A DNA stretch of 64,000 nt from assembly GCA_964016885.1 (NCBI GenBank), contig OZ024745.1:73966001-74030000 (forward strand), written 5' to 3'. Shown here one piece after another: positions 12,801-25,740 of the stretch (within the stretch, counting starts at the first letter, position 1; each line of letters opens with the position of its first letter). The notes below the pieces were generated by a model, which saw only the letters and a list, made by a program, of their open reading frames with translations, had not been told where the DNA came from and searched no databases. The stretch is from Eledone cirrhosa (taxonomy: Eukaryota). Both the position numbers and the translations under genes were made by a program.

Positions 12801-13634
12801 TAGATAGATAGATAGAGTGAGAGAGGGATTTAAAGATAGATAGATAGATATTATATTGTATATACTGTGGGGGGGGGGGGGTATTAGAGATAGAGAGAAA
12901 GTATAGGTGATGGTGTGAAATGAGGAACAGTAATCTAATGTTTTTTATTTTTTAGATTATTCCTGCAAAAGCAAAGCTAAATATGTATCCATTAATGGGT
13001 TAATTAAACGATGAAACTAAATCCTATTGTTTTGTTATTATTAACAATCCTGACGAGGTTAACTTTGCCTTTCATCCTTACGGGTCGATAGATAAAGTAC
13101 CAGTAAGGTACTGGGATAATTGCTAGCCTTGTGCCAAAAGTAGAAACGATTATTATTAAGATAAACAATTCTTTCTACAGGTTTGTGAAATATTTGCAGG
13201 AATTTAATCTGGTTGCAGTAAATTTTAAACCACACACACACACACACAGCAAAATGTTACACTTTTGGTTATTAGTTTAACCCATTTCATTAATATCAAT
13301 TATATTCATAGAAAAAGCTTGGACATCATAAAATCTAATTAAATCTCCCGTTTACATAAACAATATTAATCTTAAGACTTCATCTTACAGGTGAAAAATA
13401 TGTCCGGTCATAACACTGCCGAATTCAGGATAAATGAGGTCCTATGCCAGTTGAGTTATGAAGCCCCTTACTTAGGCCCTGAAGGAGGTAAAAGATTCGA
13501 CACTGGGTCTGAGGAGAAAATAATAGGCGCAACGTGTTTATTCCGGTGTTGTAAGGCATGAGAAATAAATAAAATATTACAAGAGAAACCAAAACAGATT
13601 TGTTTGCATGTGGATTTTTTAGATTGGCTAGATC

Positions 13635-14670
13635 GTCCCGTAATTCCCGAGTTGTAGGGGCGCCGTATTGAGCCCATCTCCTCCTCAGATTTCTATCAGA
13701 GATGGATAGAATGTGAGAGAATGGTAGTGAGAAAGGTATATAAGAGGACAAATCGAACTCAGTACATGATAGGTACTTTTTTTTTATCGATCTCAAATGG
13801 ATAAAAGGCAAAGTTGCCCGCAGAGTAATTTGAACTGAGTGAGTAGAGGGCCGAAACTAATACCGCAAGGCATTCTATCCGACGTTCTAACGACTCTGCC
13901 AATTTGCCGCCGTTGTAGATTAAGTAACTTTAGATATGGTACACATCATTAGATTAATAAAGAAGCAGAGCTTGGTGCCTTACTCCGCCAAGAATAATAA
14001 TTGTTTCTACTTTTTGGCACAAGGCCAGCAATTACTGGTGCTTTATTTTATTGACCCCGTAAGGATGAAAGTTAACCTCGACGAGATTTGAACTCAGACC
14101 GTAAAGGGACGTAACTATGCTGGAAAGCATGGCGTCCGACCTTCCACAGTTACTGCCAATTGAATAATAATTGTTTCTACTTTTGGCACAAGGCCAGCAA
14201 TTTCCAGTACATTACTGGTACTTTATTTTATCGACCCCGTAAGGATGAAAGGCAAAGTTAACCTCGGTGGGATTTGAACTCAGAATGTCAAGTAATGACT
14301 TTCAAAATTGGCTTTTTAATAGTCAAATTCTAGAAATATGATTATTTTTCTGTTCCTATTATGAAATTTTGTGATATTTACTTTACATTATATTTGGATT
14401 GGCAGAATCGGTAGAGCGTCAGACACCATGCTTCCTTGCATAGATACATCCCTTTATGTTTTGAGTTCAAATCCCGACGAGGTTAGCTTTGCCTTTCATC
14501 CCTACCGGGTTGATAAAATAAAGTCCCAGTAATGCACTGGGGGTAGATTTAATCTACTTTCCCATCCCCCCAAAATTGGTGGCTTTGTGTTTAAATTAGA
14601 AACCATTATATTTAGACAGTACTGCACTGGGTAATTGCTGGCCTTGTGCCTAAAGTAGAAACAATTATAT
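13635..14670. mobile_element. Cluster of Nin-domain SINE copies (three minus-strand, one plus-strand at ~14397-14670)
   Basis: Repeated GACCCCGTAAGGATGAAAGGCAAAGTTAACCTCG..GATTTGAACTCAG and its reverse complement. Confidence 0.85.
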
Positions 14671-15794
14671 TTAGACAAAATATTTTCAGTTATTTGGAAT
14701 CAATTACTTAACAAGTTTAGTTTCTATTTTTCTAAAATTAGTTTTTCTACATTTAATTAGAAGAATTACATTTCCAGATAAGTTGTCCATATTGCGTCAT
14801 AGACATATATTATACGTGTATCAGAACAGGGGAAATAACTCGTACTCAGATTTTCATACTATTTACATATCACTGCCATTCATTCGTTTAATAACTTTCG
14901 ACCCAGATTTGTTTGACGATCTTCTTACGAATTAAATTTTATCTGGCCTTATTGAGATTAAAGCGTAGAAATGTTTAATTGTTCCATGTAATTTGCTGGA
15001 ATAACATTTCTATAAAACTATATATTTCATTCTATAATGCTATGGTCAGAAAAGTAGTAGATATTACCATGATGTTGTGGTGATCAAGAGTTTCCTTGAT
15101 AATAATTTTTTCCGCATAAATATTGCTAGTTGTTTTTTTAAATGTTTGCTGCATTAAATTAATTAACACTAACTCTATTGTTACCAAGCAAATTTTATGT
15201 ATTTTATGTAGTGTTGTCTCCCTTATAGCATTGATTCCAGTATAGCATTCTCAATCGAAAAAAAAAAGAAAAAAAAAGATTGATGAATTTCATTGACTTT
15301 ATCGTCAACGTTTGATGAATGTAATGGTAATAAGAAAACTATTAATTTCCTTTTCTCATTTCATGCTAGCCTTTGTTGTTACAAATGATTTATTCATAAG
15401 TTATCTTACAATGCAGATTCATAGAAGCTAGATTAGGAGAAAAAAACTAACATGAGCTATATGTTTCGTATAATCCCATCACCAATTATAGTAATGTCAA
15501 ATATTTGTTATATTGACAATCGAATAAAACATATTTCGAATATATTAATTATATAGTTGCATGAGATAAAATATAAATAATATCAATCAGGCATTAATTC
15601 AGTGTTAACAGATACACATATATGAATTATCGCCCTTGAAATCTTACACCTATATGAATTATTACCCTTACAACTATATAAATTAAGCCCCTTGAACACT
15701 TATTCGATAACTTACAATGACATAACAAACACCAAGTAATATATATATACATATCGAGACCTGCACACACACACACACACAGAGCGAGAGAGTC

Positions 15795-15850
15795 CAGATC
15801 TAGCTGTCGAAACGGCCGAAGCTCAGCCGTCGGGGTCCTGACTCTTTTCC
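15795..15850 (+). repeat. Truncated copy of the 10935-11040 HHR-half family
   Basis: TAGCTGTC-GAAA-CGGC-cgaagctca-GCCG-TC-GGGGTC, followed by TTTTCC(TA)n as at 11041. Confidence 0.65.
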
Positions 15851-16074
15851 TATATATATACACACACAGAGAGAGAGCGAGAGCGCCATAGAAAAATAGA
15901 TTGGCGTATATGTATACATACTCATCTATATATAGTTTATACTACAATTATAGCCCACCAGGAAAGTTGCAGCCTTCTCCTTAACGTATGTTTAATTTGG
16001 AAAAAAAAGAAGAAAAAAAAAAAAGCATTTCAACTCCATTAAGAAAGTAATGAATCACATCTTTATAAGCTCAG

Positions 16075-16470
16075 TAATAATAGTTTCTGCATTTTTCACA
16101 AGACCAGCAATTTGAAAGGAATGGGATGTCAATTAAATTTATCCCAATGCGGTATTTTTTCTGACCGACACCGTAAGGATGAAAAGCTAAGCATACCTTG
16201 GCAGGATTTGAACTCAGAAGACATAAGGCCATAACTATATGCCGCAAAACATATTGCCCGACACTGCAAATCCATCATCCTTATAAACACACGAATTTAG
16301 CAACAAGGCCAATAATTTTGGGGGAGGAGAAAGTATATTAAACTAACCACTGCATTACTGGTACTTTATTTTATCGACCCCGTAAAAATAAAAGGCAAAG
16401 CTTACATCGACGGGATTTAAAGGGATGTAACTATGCCGTAAAGTATGTTGCCCGACATTTACCTATTCTG
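16075..16470 (-). mobile_element. Two diverged Nin-domain SINE copies
   Basis: CCGTAAGGATGAAAAGC..GGATTTGAACTCAG and TACTGGTACTTTATTTTATCGACCCCG motifs. Confidence 0.7.
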
Positions 16471-17074
16471 CACTTATAAATTTAATAATAATCAAAATTT
16501 ATGTAGATCAATTTTACTGAAAACCTATTTTATTGTACTTCAAACAGTCGCTTGGCTCGTCAAAACAAACGTTTCATTATAAGTAGTTGTGGAATACAGT
16601 TTAATGTTCATCTTGCGCTTCAGTGTACGTTGGCGAAACTCCAGTAACTGACGGCACCAAATCAGTTATGAAATATATTTGCTGTAAGTAAATAACTGAT
16701 GATTTTTTTTAATGTATTTACACAAGCTTTTCGCCTCTCAGATTTTTGTGTCAGGTCATTAACTATTTTCCATTAACAATATTACACTGTATGACCGTGC
16801 TAAGTAACCTTCAGTCCTTAACAAGTGTAACAACAATATAAATCGAAACTATAAGCCATGGCAGAACTACAAAATTAACGTCTAGTTCGTTGATTTTCGA
16901 AACTAAGTTAAATTATTATAGCGTTCTTAAGACATTCGTCTTTCACTTGTTTATCGTCTCGGAAATCAGTGAATAAAAAAAAGGCCTTGAAACATCCTTT
17001 TGCACATTGATCTGTACAGCTAATTATTCACTGACATGAATGTGTTCCAGAGTATGAACTGAAAATTGCTGCCT

Positions 17075-17370
17075 GTAACGTAGGCTACAGTGGTTTGGCT
17101 ACGTCTGCAGGATGACCACCAGAAGACTAATACATCAAATTGTCACGACAGCGACTCATGCACTAGAGAATGCAGTGCAGCGTACCGAAGAAGACCTGGG
17201 CAAAACAAATCGAGGGGGACCTGAAGTCGCAACGCCTCGAACATTATAAGTGCAGCGCCAGGGATAGAAAAGTGTTGAAGAACATCATCATAGCAGTCCA
17301 CCACACAGTTGCACCTATAACAGTGTATTGGTTGAGCGGACACCCTCTCCCAATCACCAGCTAGGGATTG
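17075..17370 (+). mobile_element. RTE-like LINE 3' fragment
   Basis: RRLQWFGYVCRM and PKKTW motifs, typical of RTE ORF C-termini. Confidence 0.6.
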
Positions 17371-17410
17371 AAGAAGGCGAACTAAGGTATTTCACCAAGA
17401 TTATGAATCA

Positions 17411-17545
17411 GAAGTAAAATTGAGCTGGAGGGTTTGTGGTAAACCCTCCATCTCAATTTTACTTTTGAAAAGCATAAGAACTGTGAAACCGGTAAAGGAA
17501 ATGAATATTCTTAAAAAGACTCCAGCTGCATTTTCGATTTCTTTG
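17411..17545 (+). mobile_element. Short copy of the 41.9-43.4 kb HHR family with its own small 5' inversion
   Basis: ACCCTCCATCTCAA..TTTTGAAAAGCATAAGAACTGTGAAACCGGTAAAGG..ACTCCAG.TGCATTTTCGATTTC matches 43262-43393; hairpin at 17412-17464. Confidence 0.85.
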
Positions 17546-17773
17546 CACATACACCGAGGCGGCGGACGAATTTCTGGATTGGGGGCGGGAGGACAAATTT
17601 GGTCAATTTAGTTGTGATTACTTTAACACTTTGCACTCTAAAATGGTAAGAAAACTTCGATATCCGATAAACATAAAATGTACATAAATTGTAGTTCATA
17701 TCTAAATGTGTGTTTTGGTAGATTGGGGAGAAAAATATAGTTATTGGGGAGAGGGCAACGGTCTATTCGACGA

Positions 17774-18457
<684 letters not shown>

Positions 18458-19033
18458 CTATTTACCTTCAGCAGTGTCAAGCATGATAAAAGTAACAGTA
18501 AGAACCACAGAAGATTAGTCAGCATCAGTAATAATACTTCTATTACAAACCGATCTTCCCCGTACCAAAAATTCTTTTCTCTTAGATATATACTTACATT
18601 TACATTTATCTAGAAAATGAAGTATTTAGCAAACCAATAATTAATACTCGATAACAATTTCAATTTGTTTCGTTGCGTCTGTGGTGGATGTGTAAATTGT
18701 TTTATCACGAGAAGGTATTTTTCCGCGTGCTTAAAGAATGAAGAAACACCCGTGCGATAGCCAGTGTGTATATTTGATTATAACAGATCGTGAGAAAAGC
18801 TTGATAAAAAATATAAATGGTAAGTATGTGTGATGGTGTATTTAGTTATTTGCTCTGTTTCTTAGACGAAAATACAAATTTTAACATATATAGAAATACT
18901 TATATGAGCGATACTTTGTAGCTTAAAAAAAAAAAAAAAAAAAAAAAAAGCGAACCAGATACAATAATCATTGCATAATATAAGCGCACTATAGTAAAAA
19001 TGTAAGTTCTTACTAAACCCGAACATTTTGGAC

Positions 19034-19459
19034 CAGATGTGGGGAACCTTTTCATGTTGATATGCCACGTTAAATTACTTGTAATATAAGGCCGTATTCA
19101 TGAAACCATAATTATATATTCTTAAACTTTTGATAATGTTCCCGCGGGTTCTCACCGACCAACCTCGAGTGATAGCTCCAGTCAAGCATTACAACTAAAA
19201 CATGAGCGTAGGAAGTGTTGAAATAGCCTTTATGAGCTGATTTTTTAAAATTCTAGCTGTGTCTGAATTATTTCGTTGAATTTTCTTTTACTCTTTGGTA
19301 TTTAAAATACGTTCATCTTATGGTTTAAATTAAAATAAGAGAGATAAAAACATTAATAAAAAGTAAAACATTTGTTGGAAATTTGATTCTTTCAATAGAC
19401 TACACAGAATGGCATAGTAGGTTGCTTGCGGGCCTAAGGCCGCAGGTTCCTCATCTTTG
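19034..19459. mobile_element. Old hAT-type MITE
   Basis: Imperfect TIRs CAGATGTGGGGAACCT / AGGTTCCTCATCTTTG, subterminal GCGGGCC..GGCCGC; the 8-bp TSD is only partly matched. Confidence 0.5.
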
Positions 19460-20009
19460 TTCTAGTCCATGTAAAAAAAAAAAATTAAAAAAAGTCATCT
19501 GCAGCTATTATTTTATTTCAGTATTTTCTCAACTCACTGTATTGCCTGTGTGAGACCTTACCAAATCTAAAAGCGTTTTTTGTTTTTCTGCCTGCTAGAC
19601 CATAGCGATAAACGCGCTATAAAATTTATCACACACAAAACAGAAAAACAAATCAAATTCGAACAATTTTCTTTTATTAATTGGTTCGTTATGAGACCGA
19701 TATATTTAAAATTTCTTAAAACTATAACAATGGAAACAAACAAAATGAAGACCTTATAAGTATATTGCGTTTCACTAGCCAAACTCTAAGAGTTAATATA
19801 TATATATATACACGACTAAGGAAAATGTGTGGTTTCCACATCACACAAATAGGAATTATCGGTCATTCGGTTATTTGACCTGCATTCTCTCTCTCTAGTA
19901 GTCTTTACACTTAAATCATTTTAAAGCAAGCTTAAATATACTATTATGCAGGAATGTATGAACTTAATCTTTTCCCTTCCTACGAAGTAGGTTCTTAAAT
20001 AAATTGACT

Positions 20010-20156
20010 CCAGTAATCGACTAGTGTTTTTATTTTATCATTACCGGGGGGGATGAAACGCGAAGTTGACCTTGACCAGATTTGAACTTAGAACGTAAAC
20101 AGCCGGAACTAAATATCGCAAAGCATTTTATCCGACGCCCTAACGATTCTGCCAAT
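20010..20156 (-). mobile_element. Nin-domain SINE copy
   Basis: GGATGAAACGCGAAGTTGACCTTG..ATTTGAACTTAGAACG..TAACGATTCTGCCA. Confidence 0.75.
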
Positions 20157-21268
20157 CTACAAGCAGTTAAATTGATATCTCAAATACAAGTGATTTGGCT
20201 ATTCCTTTCAAGCTTTGCTACTCTATAGCAGTTAAAATAACGAAAGTAAAACATTGTTTTCATTTTTTTACACATGCGTTACTGAGCTCTCAGGTGGCAG
20301 ATAAAGAAACGGTCTTCAATTATGTAGGCTAGCTGCAAATATTTTAATAAGTCACCCCGGACCAAATGCCGGGTTGCCTTTTGGAAAAAGCATAATGGGT
20401 TACGTAAAGATTCATTTGGAAAGCAGGAATGGTTGCTGCACTGAGAATTGAATACCGATAAACAAATGTTTTTAATGCTGATTCGCCTAGCGGAGGAATC
20501 GATCATCAAGTCAACGGAAGGGAAACTGCCTCTATAAGTGGGGTACTGTGCCTTTGAGAGTTCTGACAAGTTATCGCAGTATTTTCTGCTAATAGAAAAC
20601 ATGAATGGTACAAGCAACATCTCCACGATTAGAGCTCGTGATTCTGTCCTTGTATGGTGCTGAGGAGGGTTCCTTCATATGAAGATAAAGCTCTAAATGA
20701 ATTGTTATACAGTTAACTGATGGGGGAAAAGGTTATACGCCCTAATGCTCATGGTATTCGTTTAAATTTCAGCATATTACTTAAAATAACTTTGCAATAA
20801 AGAAAAACAGTTGGCATTTTATAACAAAACAACGTAGATAAGCACTGAGAAAAATTAATAATTCCTGCTATTTTCTCAATGTTGAGAACGCCGTGAATAT
20901 CACTTCAACTGCATCTCCTTTAAATGTCACTCAGTGCCATAGTAGTAGTACTTTTCAAAATAAGTTTAAGAAAACGTATTGAATGCGTATGAAAGAAACA
21001 ATTATAATTCTAGAGTTTACAATTCAATTAAATGGATTCAGACAAATTATTATACATAGGTCTATAAGATGTATACTAAACCTGTGCATATAATGGTAAT
21101 AATAGTAATCATCTTTAGATATGTGTCATTTTACTGTGACAAACTTTTAGAATAGTTTATAAACGTCACAACTTTAAATTCATCTTCCATTAGTAAAAAC
21201 AACAAAACAAAACAAAAAAGTCTTTCCTGTATCAAATCCAACGTAGTCAAGATATCAAATAACTTGGT

Positions 21269-21628
21269 TTAGTTTTGTATATGCTGCAGTATATGTTTAA
21301 TAAACCGCTCTCTTTTAAAAAAATTCTTTTTACACATAAAACAGGAATATTTGATTTTTTGATGGATTAACCGATGTCTTCCCACATGATCACGCCGACT
21401 AAACATGGTCATACAAATATCACATTGGTAAGGCTTAACGCCAGTATGACATCTTGTATGTCTCATCAAGTGGTCCTTCCGTGCAAAATGGTTACCGCAC
21501 CAGTCACATTTAAATGGCTTTTGTCCGTAGTGGTTTAAACGATGGCGTTTCAGATGATTTTCTCGCGAAAATTCCATCCCACAAATAATACATTCAAATG
21601 GTTTTTCGACAGTACCTTTAAGATGCAT
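21269..21628 (-). CDS. C2H2 zinc-finger protein, 4 tandem fingers (small gene or terminal exon)
   Basis: CxxC-x12-HxxxH four times, with linkers HYGQKPF and HTGVKPY; intact to the stop. The frame stays open ~26 codons upstream and includes a possible acceptor (TTCCCATCAACAG), so the true start is uncertain. Confidence 0.9.
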   Translation of the reverse strand: MHLKGTVEKPFECIICGMEFSRENHLKRHRLNHYGQKPFKCDWCGNHFARKDHLMRHTRCHTGVKPYQCDICMTMFSRRDHVGRHRLIHQKIKYSCFMCKKNFFKRERFIKHILQHIQN

Positions 21629-22459
21629 CAGGTGACTATTCGAGTGATGATATATTAAATAAACTGTTGATGGGAAATATATTATCTCAAAATATTGAAG
21701 TAATTACTTCTTGATAGACAGAATAAACAATTTCAACTTTTTTTTTTTTTTTTTTTTTTTTACTTGTCACTTCAGCGTCGTTTATATCGCATTCGTCATT
21801 CTGATTTTTATCAAGTGATACCAAAATAATACTTCAATCACTTTAAATTGATGTTATACCTTATATTAATTTTTCGTAGTTAATAGAACTTAGACTCGTC
21901 TACTCCTATAGAAGAGACGAAATAGTTAATTGGACTGAACCAATATATTAATGTTACTTTTTTCAAACATAGCTGTTTATATAGAGAACGAAATGGCGCG
22001 AAACAGTTCTATAATACATTTTGGGCCAGCGTTCTCCGGTTCTAATTTATACTTCACGGTTTCATATACTTGCACAAGAATACACAATTCTATGACGTGC
22101 ATAGCCGGTTCGAATCAGAGTCCAGTGTATACTTAGAATAGAAAGGCAACCCCATTCCCAACAAAGCCTCAACTGTTCCATATTTTAGCGTAACATTCCA
22201 CTGTTTCTCTCATATTATCCTCATATTGACCTTTAAACACGATTGTTTAAATATCTTTCTCTGTTCAGTGTCAGTTACTTAAAATATTGAGAAGCTAAAA
22301 TATCACCATATAAAAGAAAAATCCACATTACTTCGTACTTAGATAACATAATGGCATATCAGTAGGTAGCCAACAGTTACAAATATACCCTATTTTATCT
22401 GATTTAATATCAACTGTGGAGGCTGATACACCCGAAAGTATTTATTTTACAGGTTATTA

Positions 22460-22579
22460 AAATAATTGTTTCTACTTTTGGCACAAGGCCAGCAATTACC
22501 CAATGCATTACTGGTACTTTATTCTATCGACCCCGGAAGGATGAAAGGCAAAGTTAACCTCGGCGGGATTTGAACTCAG
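22460..22579 (-). mobile_element. Nin-domain SINE (5' truncated)
   Basis: Near-identical to 14163-14285. Confidence 0.85.
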
Positions 22580-23422
22580 GTTATTAAAATGTTTACTACA
22601 TCACTTTCAACAATTATATATTTCTTTAGATTAGACGTAAAACAAATTCACATATGAAAGAAGTATATTCGATTTAATAGATGCTAGAGTATTACTGCTT
22701 CCCATTTTATTGATTCACAGGAATAAAATGAAAGTTTGGCGCGACGGAATTTGAACATTGGATGTACAGAGCCCCAGATTAAATGTATCTATGGACCTGT
22801 AACTCTTGGTGTAGTCGTAGGGGCGCCGTAATGACATATAGTATTTCGTGAATATTTAAAACCTGACGGGGCCCATTCTTATCCAGCTGATTTCTTCCAA
22901 AGAAGGAGAAAGATCTTGGGCTGGTATTTCTTTTTAACTACCTCGACAGGATTTTAGCGCAGAGAGCCGGAACGAATACGGTAAAGTATTCTATCCTTGT
23001 GCAATTTCCCCGCATCACAAATTAAATGTTGTAAAGCAATTAAAATAGCACTCTATTTTTTCTGGTCTGCCCTGTCATTACCGATGTAATTAGAGTGAAA
23101 TGGTTTTCTAATGATAATCGAAGCCATATTTTCAACATTGCTTGCTACACACAAACAACTAATATTTTGTTATTGATTAGCCCTAGGTCAAACCTAATCG
23201 AGTATATTTATGATTAAAGGCTGCCGTTCTAAGACCACCACCGATCGAATTTCCGGAATAGTCGACGGAGACAGCTGACCAGAAAATAAAAGGACTCCCT
23301 TTTACGGCCACAACCAGCGATGCGAAAAAGAGCGTTTTTGACAACAGCGGCAATAAAAAGTGCTGGAATCTACTGAACGAGTCTGCTAGCACAGCTAGTA
23401 GCTTCATCGACAAGAAAATTGT

Positions 23423-23576
23423 CACAGGCATGCTACCACTTAAAATAAAATTTCGCCAGAGATAGATTAACAAAATTTAATAAGCGGTAGTATTGGAATA
23501 AGAGCGGGTGGGGGAAAAAATCTGAAAAATTAATAAAGGTGGGGGGTGGGGTGATTATTCGAGACACGAGTGAATA
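23423..23576 (-). mobile_element. DNA-transposon terminal sequence; related copies at ~26827-26950 (+) and ~62247-62394 (-)
   Basis: Shared ATGCTACCACTTAAAATAAA..TTTCGCC.GAGATAGATTA.CAAAATTTAATAAG..AAAAAATCTGAAAA.TTAATAA..ATTCGAGACAC..GAGT. Confidence 0.6.
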
Positions 23577-23594
23577 CATTTTACTATGTATATA

Positions 23595-23693
23595 CAGGAT
23601 GTCTTCCCCAAAATGTATACACACAACAGCATTCTAATAAATATTGCTTGTACAGGTAATCAAAGTGTGTACACATTTTGGGGAGACATCCCT
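23595..23693. mobile_element. Tc1/mariner-type MITE (~100 bp)
   Basis: TIRs CAGGATGTCTTCCCCAAAATGT / ACATTTTGGGGAGACATCCCT, flanked by TA. Confidence 0.7.
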
Positions 23694-24459
23694 TATATTT
23701 TAAAGCTAGTTTGTTAGCCAAAGCAATTACTCTGTATCGTGTTTTTCTTTTACAAGTCCACATATTTATTGTTGATACACTAAAGTAAATTACATTTTAT
23801 ATACTTATTTTATTGCTTCTTTATGTATTTTCAAGCGTTAATTCATCTTCATTAAGTATCGTTCATGTATAAACATATCTCATTTAATATAGAATTCATA
23901 TGTAGTTTCATTTTTACACTATTGTAGATAAAACATTAATTTCGTTTATCTATATGTTTTATTAACACATTACTCCTTTATATTATCGTAGAATTTACTA
24001 CTAATCTTATGAAGCATTTTGTACTCCATACGTTTTTTTTAATAGACAGAAAACTAACCCAAAATTCAAGTATATTTTTCCTGTTCTGGGGAGGGAGGGA
24101 TCTCTAATTTGAGACAGTGTGTGCTGCGACACATTCTCTGCCTACAATCTTGTCTAGGCGCTGCCACACTTAATGCAGACGAGCGAAAGATAGTCAAATA
24201 ACGGGATTTTATTGATCGCTACATATTCGTGAGGTTATTTGGCTGTTCTCTGCAGCTATACCTTCGCCATTTTGTCCAGAACGCAGCTGAGATATACCAC
24301 CTAGTCTAATGTGTAAAGCTTGCCTGTCCTCTCTGTTCTACTTATTTTCGTTATTTAATGTTTTAAAGTATTCTAATTGAAATGTGTAGAATAAATATTT
24401 TACTTTTTTTAAATATCCTCTGTTTCCAACTAAATTCTATGGTTTAGTATGTATAGCTG

Positions 24460-24745
24460 AGGCGATGAGGAGGCAGATTCGTTAGAACGTCAGATAGAAT
24501 GCCTTGAGCTATTCGTTTTGGCTTTATGCTCTCATCCATTCGAGGGCGCTAAAAAAAGTACTGGGGGTCGATTCATCCTGTCTTTTTCTCATTTCCTTTC
24601 TCCCAGTCCCTCTATTCTTCTCTGGAAAAAATTTGCTGTATTCAGACCCGGAGAAGAGATGGGCTGCGTCAGGTTTTAAAATGAATTAGAACCGCTGTAT
24701 CTCAATACGGCGTCCCTATGACACCCTTAGGAGTTATGGGATCAA
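24460..24745 (+). mobile_element. Nin-type SINE with alternative long tail (other copies ~22790-22990, 27800-28075, 31046-31305, 32415-32658, 57553-57855, all minus)
   Basis: Head GGCAGATTCGTTAGAACGTCAGATAGAATGC and GTACTGGGGGTCGATT; tail GGTTTTAAAATG..ATACGGCGTCCCTATGAC..GAGTTATGGG. Confidence 0.7.
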
Positions 24746-25252
24746 ACAAATATGTCGTAGCTTAGATCTAAACCTCTGAATATTCTTTCCTATTTTTATA
24801 AAATTGTATTTATGTACACATCTTTAAAACATTAAGTTTTATGGAGCAATTTCGTGTTGTATTTAGCTAGTATACGTATTTGCTCCAAATATTACTTCCT
24901 TAATGTTAGTTGTTGCTCTATGGTGGTTTACCTACCACAGAACATGGGGCAGTCGAATATTTCTGGAGTTTTTCCAAATTTTAATATCTCATTACTTGAT
25001 TCGCACTAGTATATATAACCTAGATAAATAGTGTTCATTTCCAGCTGATATTTGTCTGTCTACATGCACTAGATCCTAGATATACGGTTTCGCGTCATAG
25101 CGATATATTTATTTAGATTTTTTATGTGTGTGTGTGTGTATATATATATAGCTCTAAAACTTAAAATTTTCTGGAAAACTTTCATTTCCTGCTTTTTGAT
25201 GTATTTCTCTTTCTCTCTTATATATGTATACATATAAGAAGCAGCCATTTGC

Positions 25253-25289
<37 letters not shown>

Positions 25290-25519
25290 CAACAGTGAGC
25301 AGGTACATTATGGTGGATATTTTCATGCCATTTATCATTCGCTTTCTTATTTACTCGGCAGTGAGTTAATAAAAACAAGGCCTTGTGAAGTACAATCTGA
25401 GATAAAAATGCTAGGACGCCTCGTTTGAGGTGGTTTCTGATAGACTTGAAATAATTTATAACCAATTCTAATCATTTCTTTTTGCTCTTGCTCAACGAGA
25501 CCTTGGTCATCCTAAGCCA

Positions 25520-25740
25520 GCGATCCCGAAGCATAGTCGTGCGTAGAGCTAACTAGGTCCACCAACGCCCTCCATCGCTGGCGGTCTAGTGCCAGCTCCT
25601 CTGCATCCTCCAACGGGATGTCAAGCCTCTGGAGATCTTCCTCGATGGTATCTAGCCATCTGGTGTAGGGTCTCTTCCAGCCTGGTTGGATGATCTGATG
25701 GAAAGCGGAGGACGTGTCTGGCCTTGCCGTGTCGAGGGGG
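25520..25740 (-). mobile_element. RTE-like LINE 3' fragment
   Basis: Minus-strand translation includes PGWKRPYTRWLDTIEEDL and DRQRWRALV, typical of the RTE C-terminus. Confidence 0.65.

Noticed and set aside
21738-21761. Poly-T run as a retrogene tail for the zinc-finger ORF
   Set aside because: It lies 5' of the minus-strand ORF, the wrong side for a poly-A tail.
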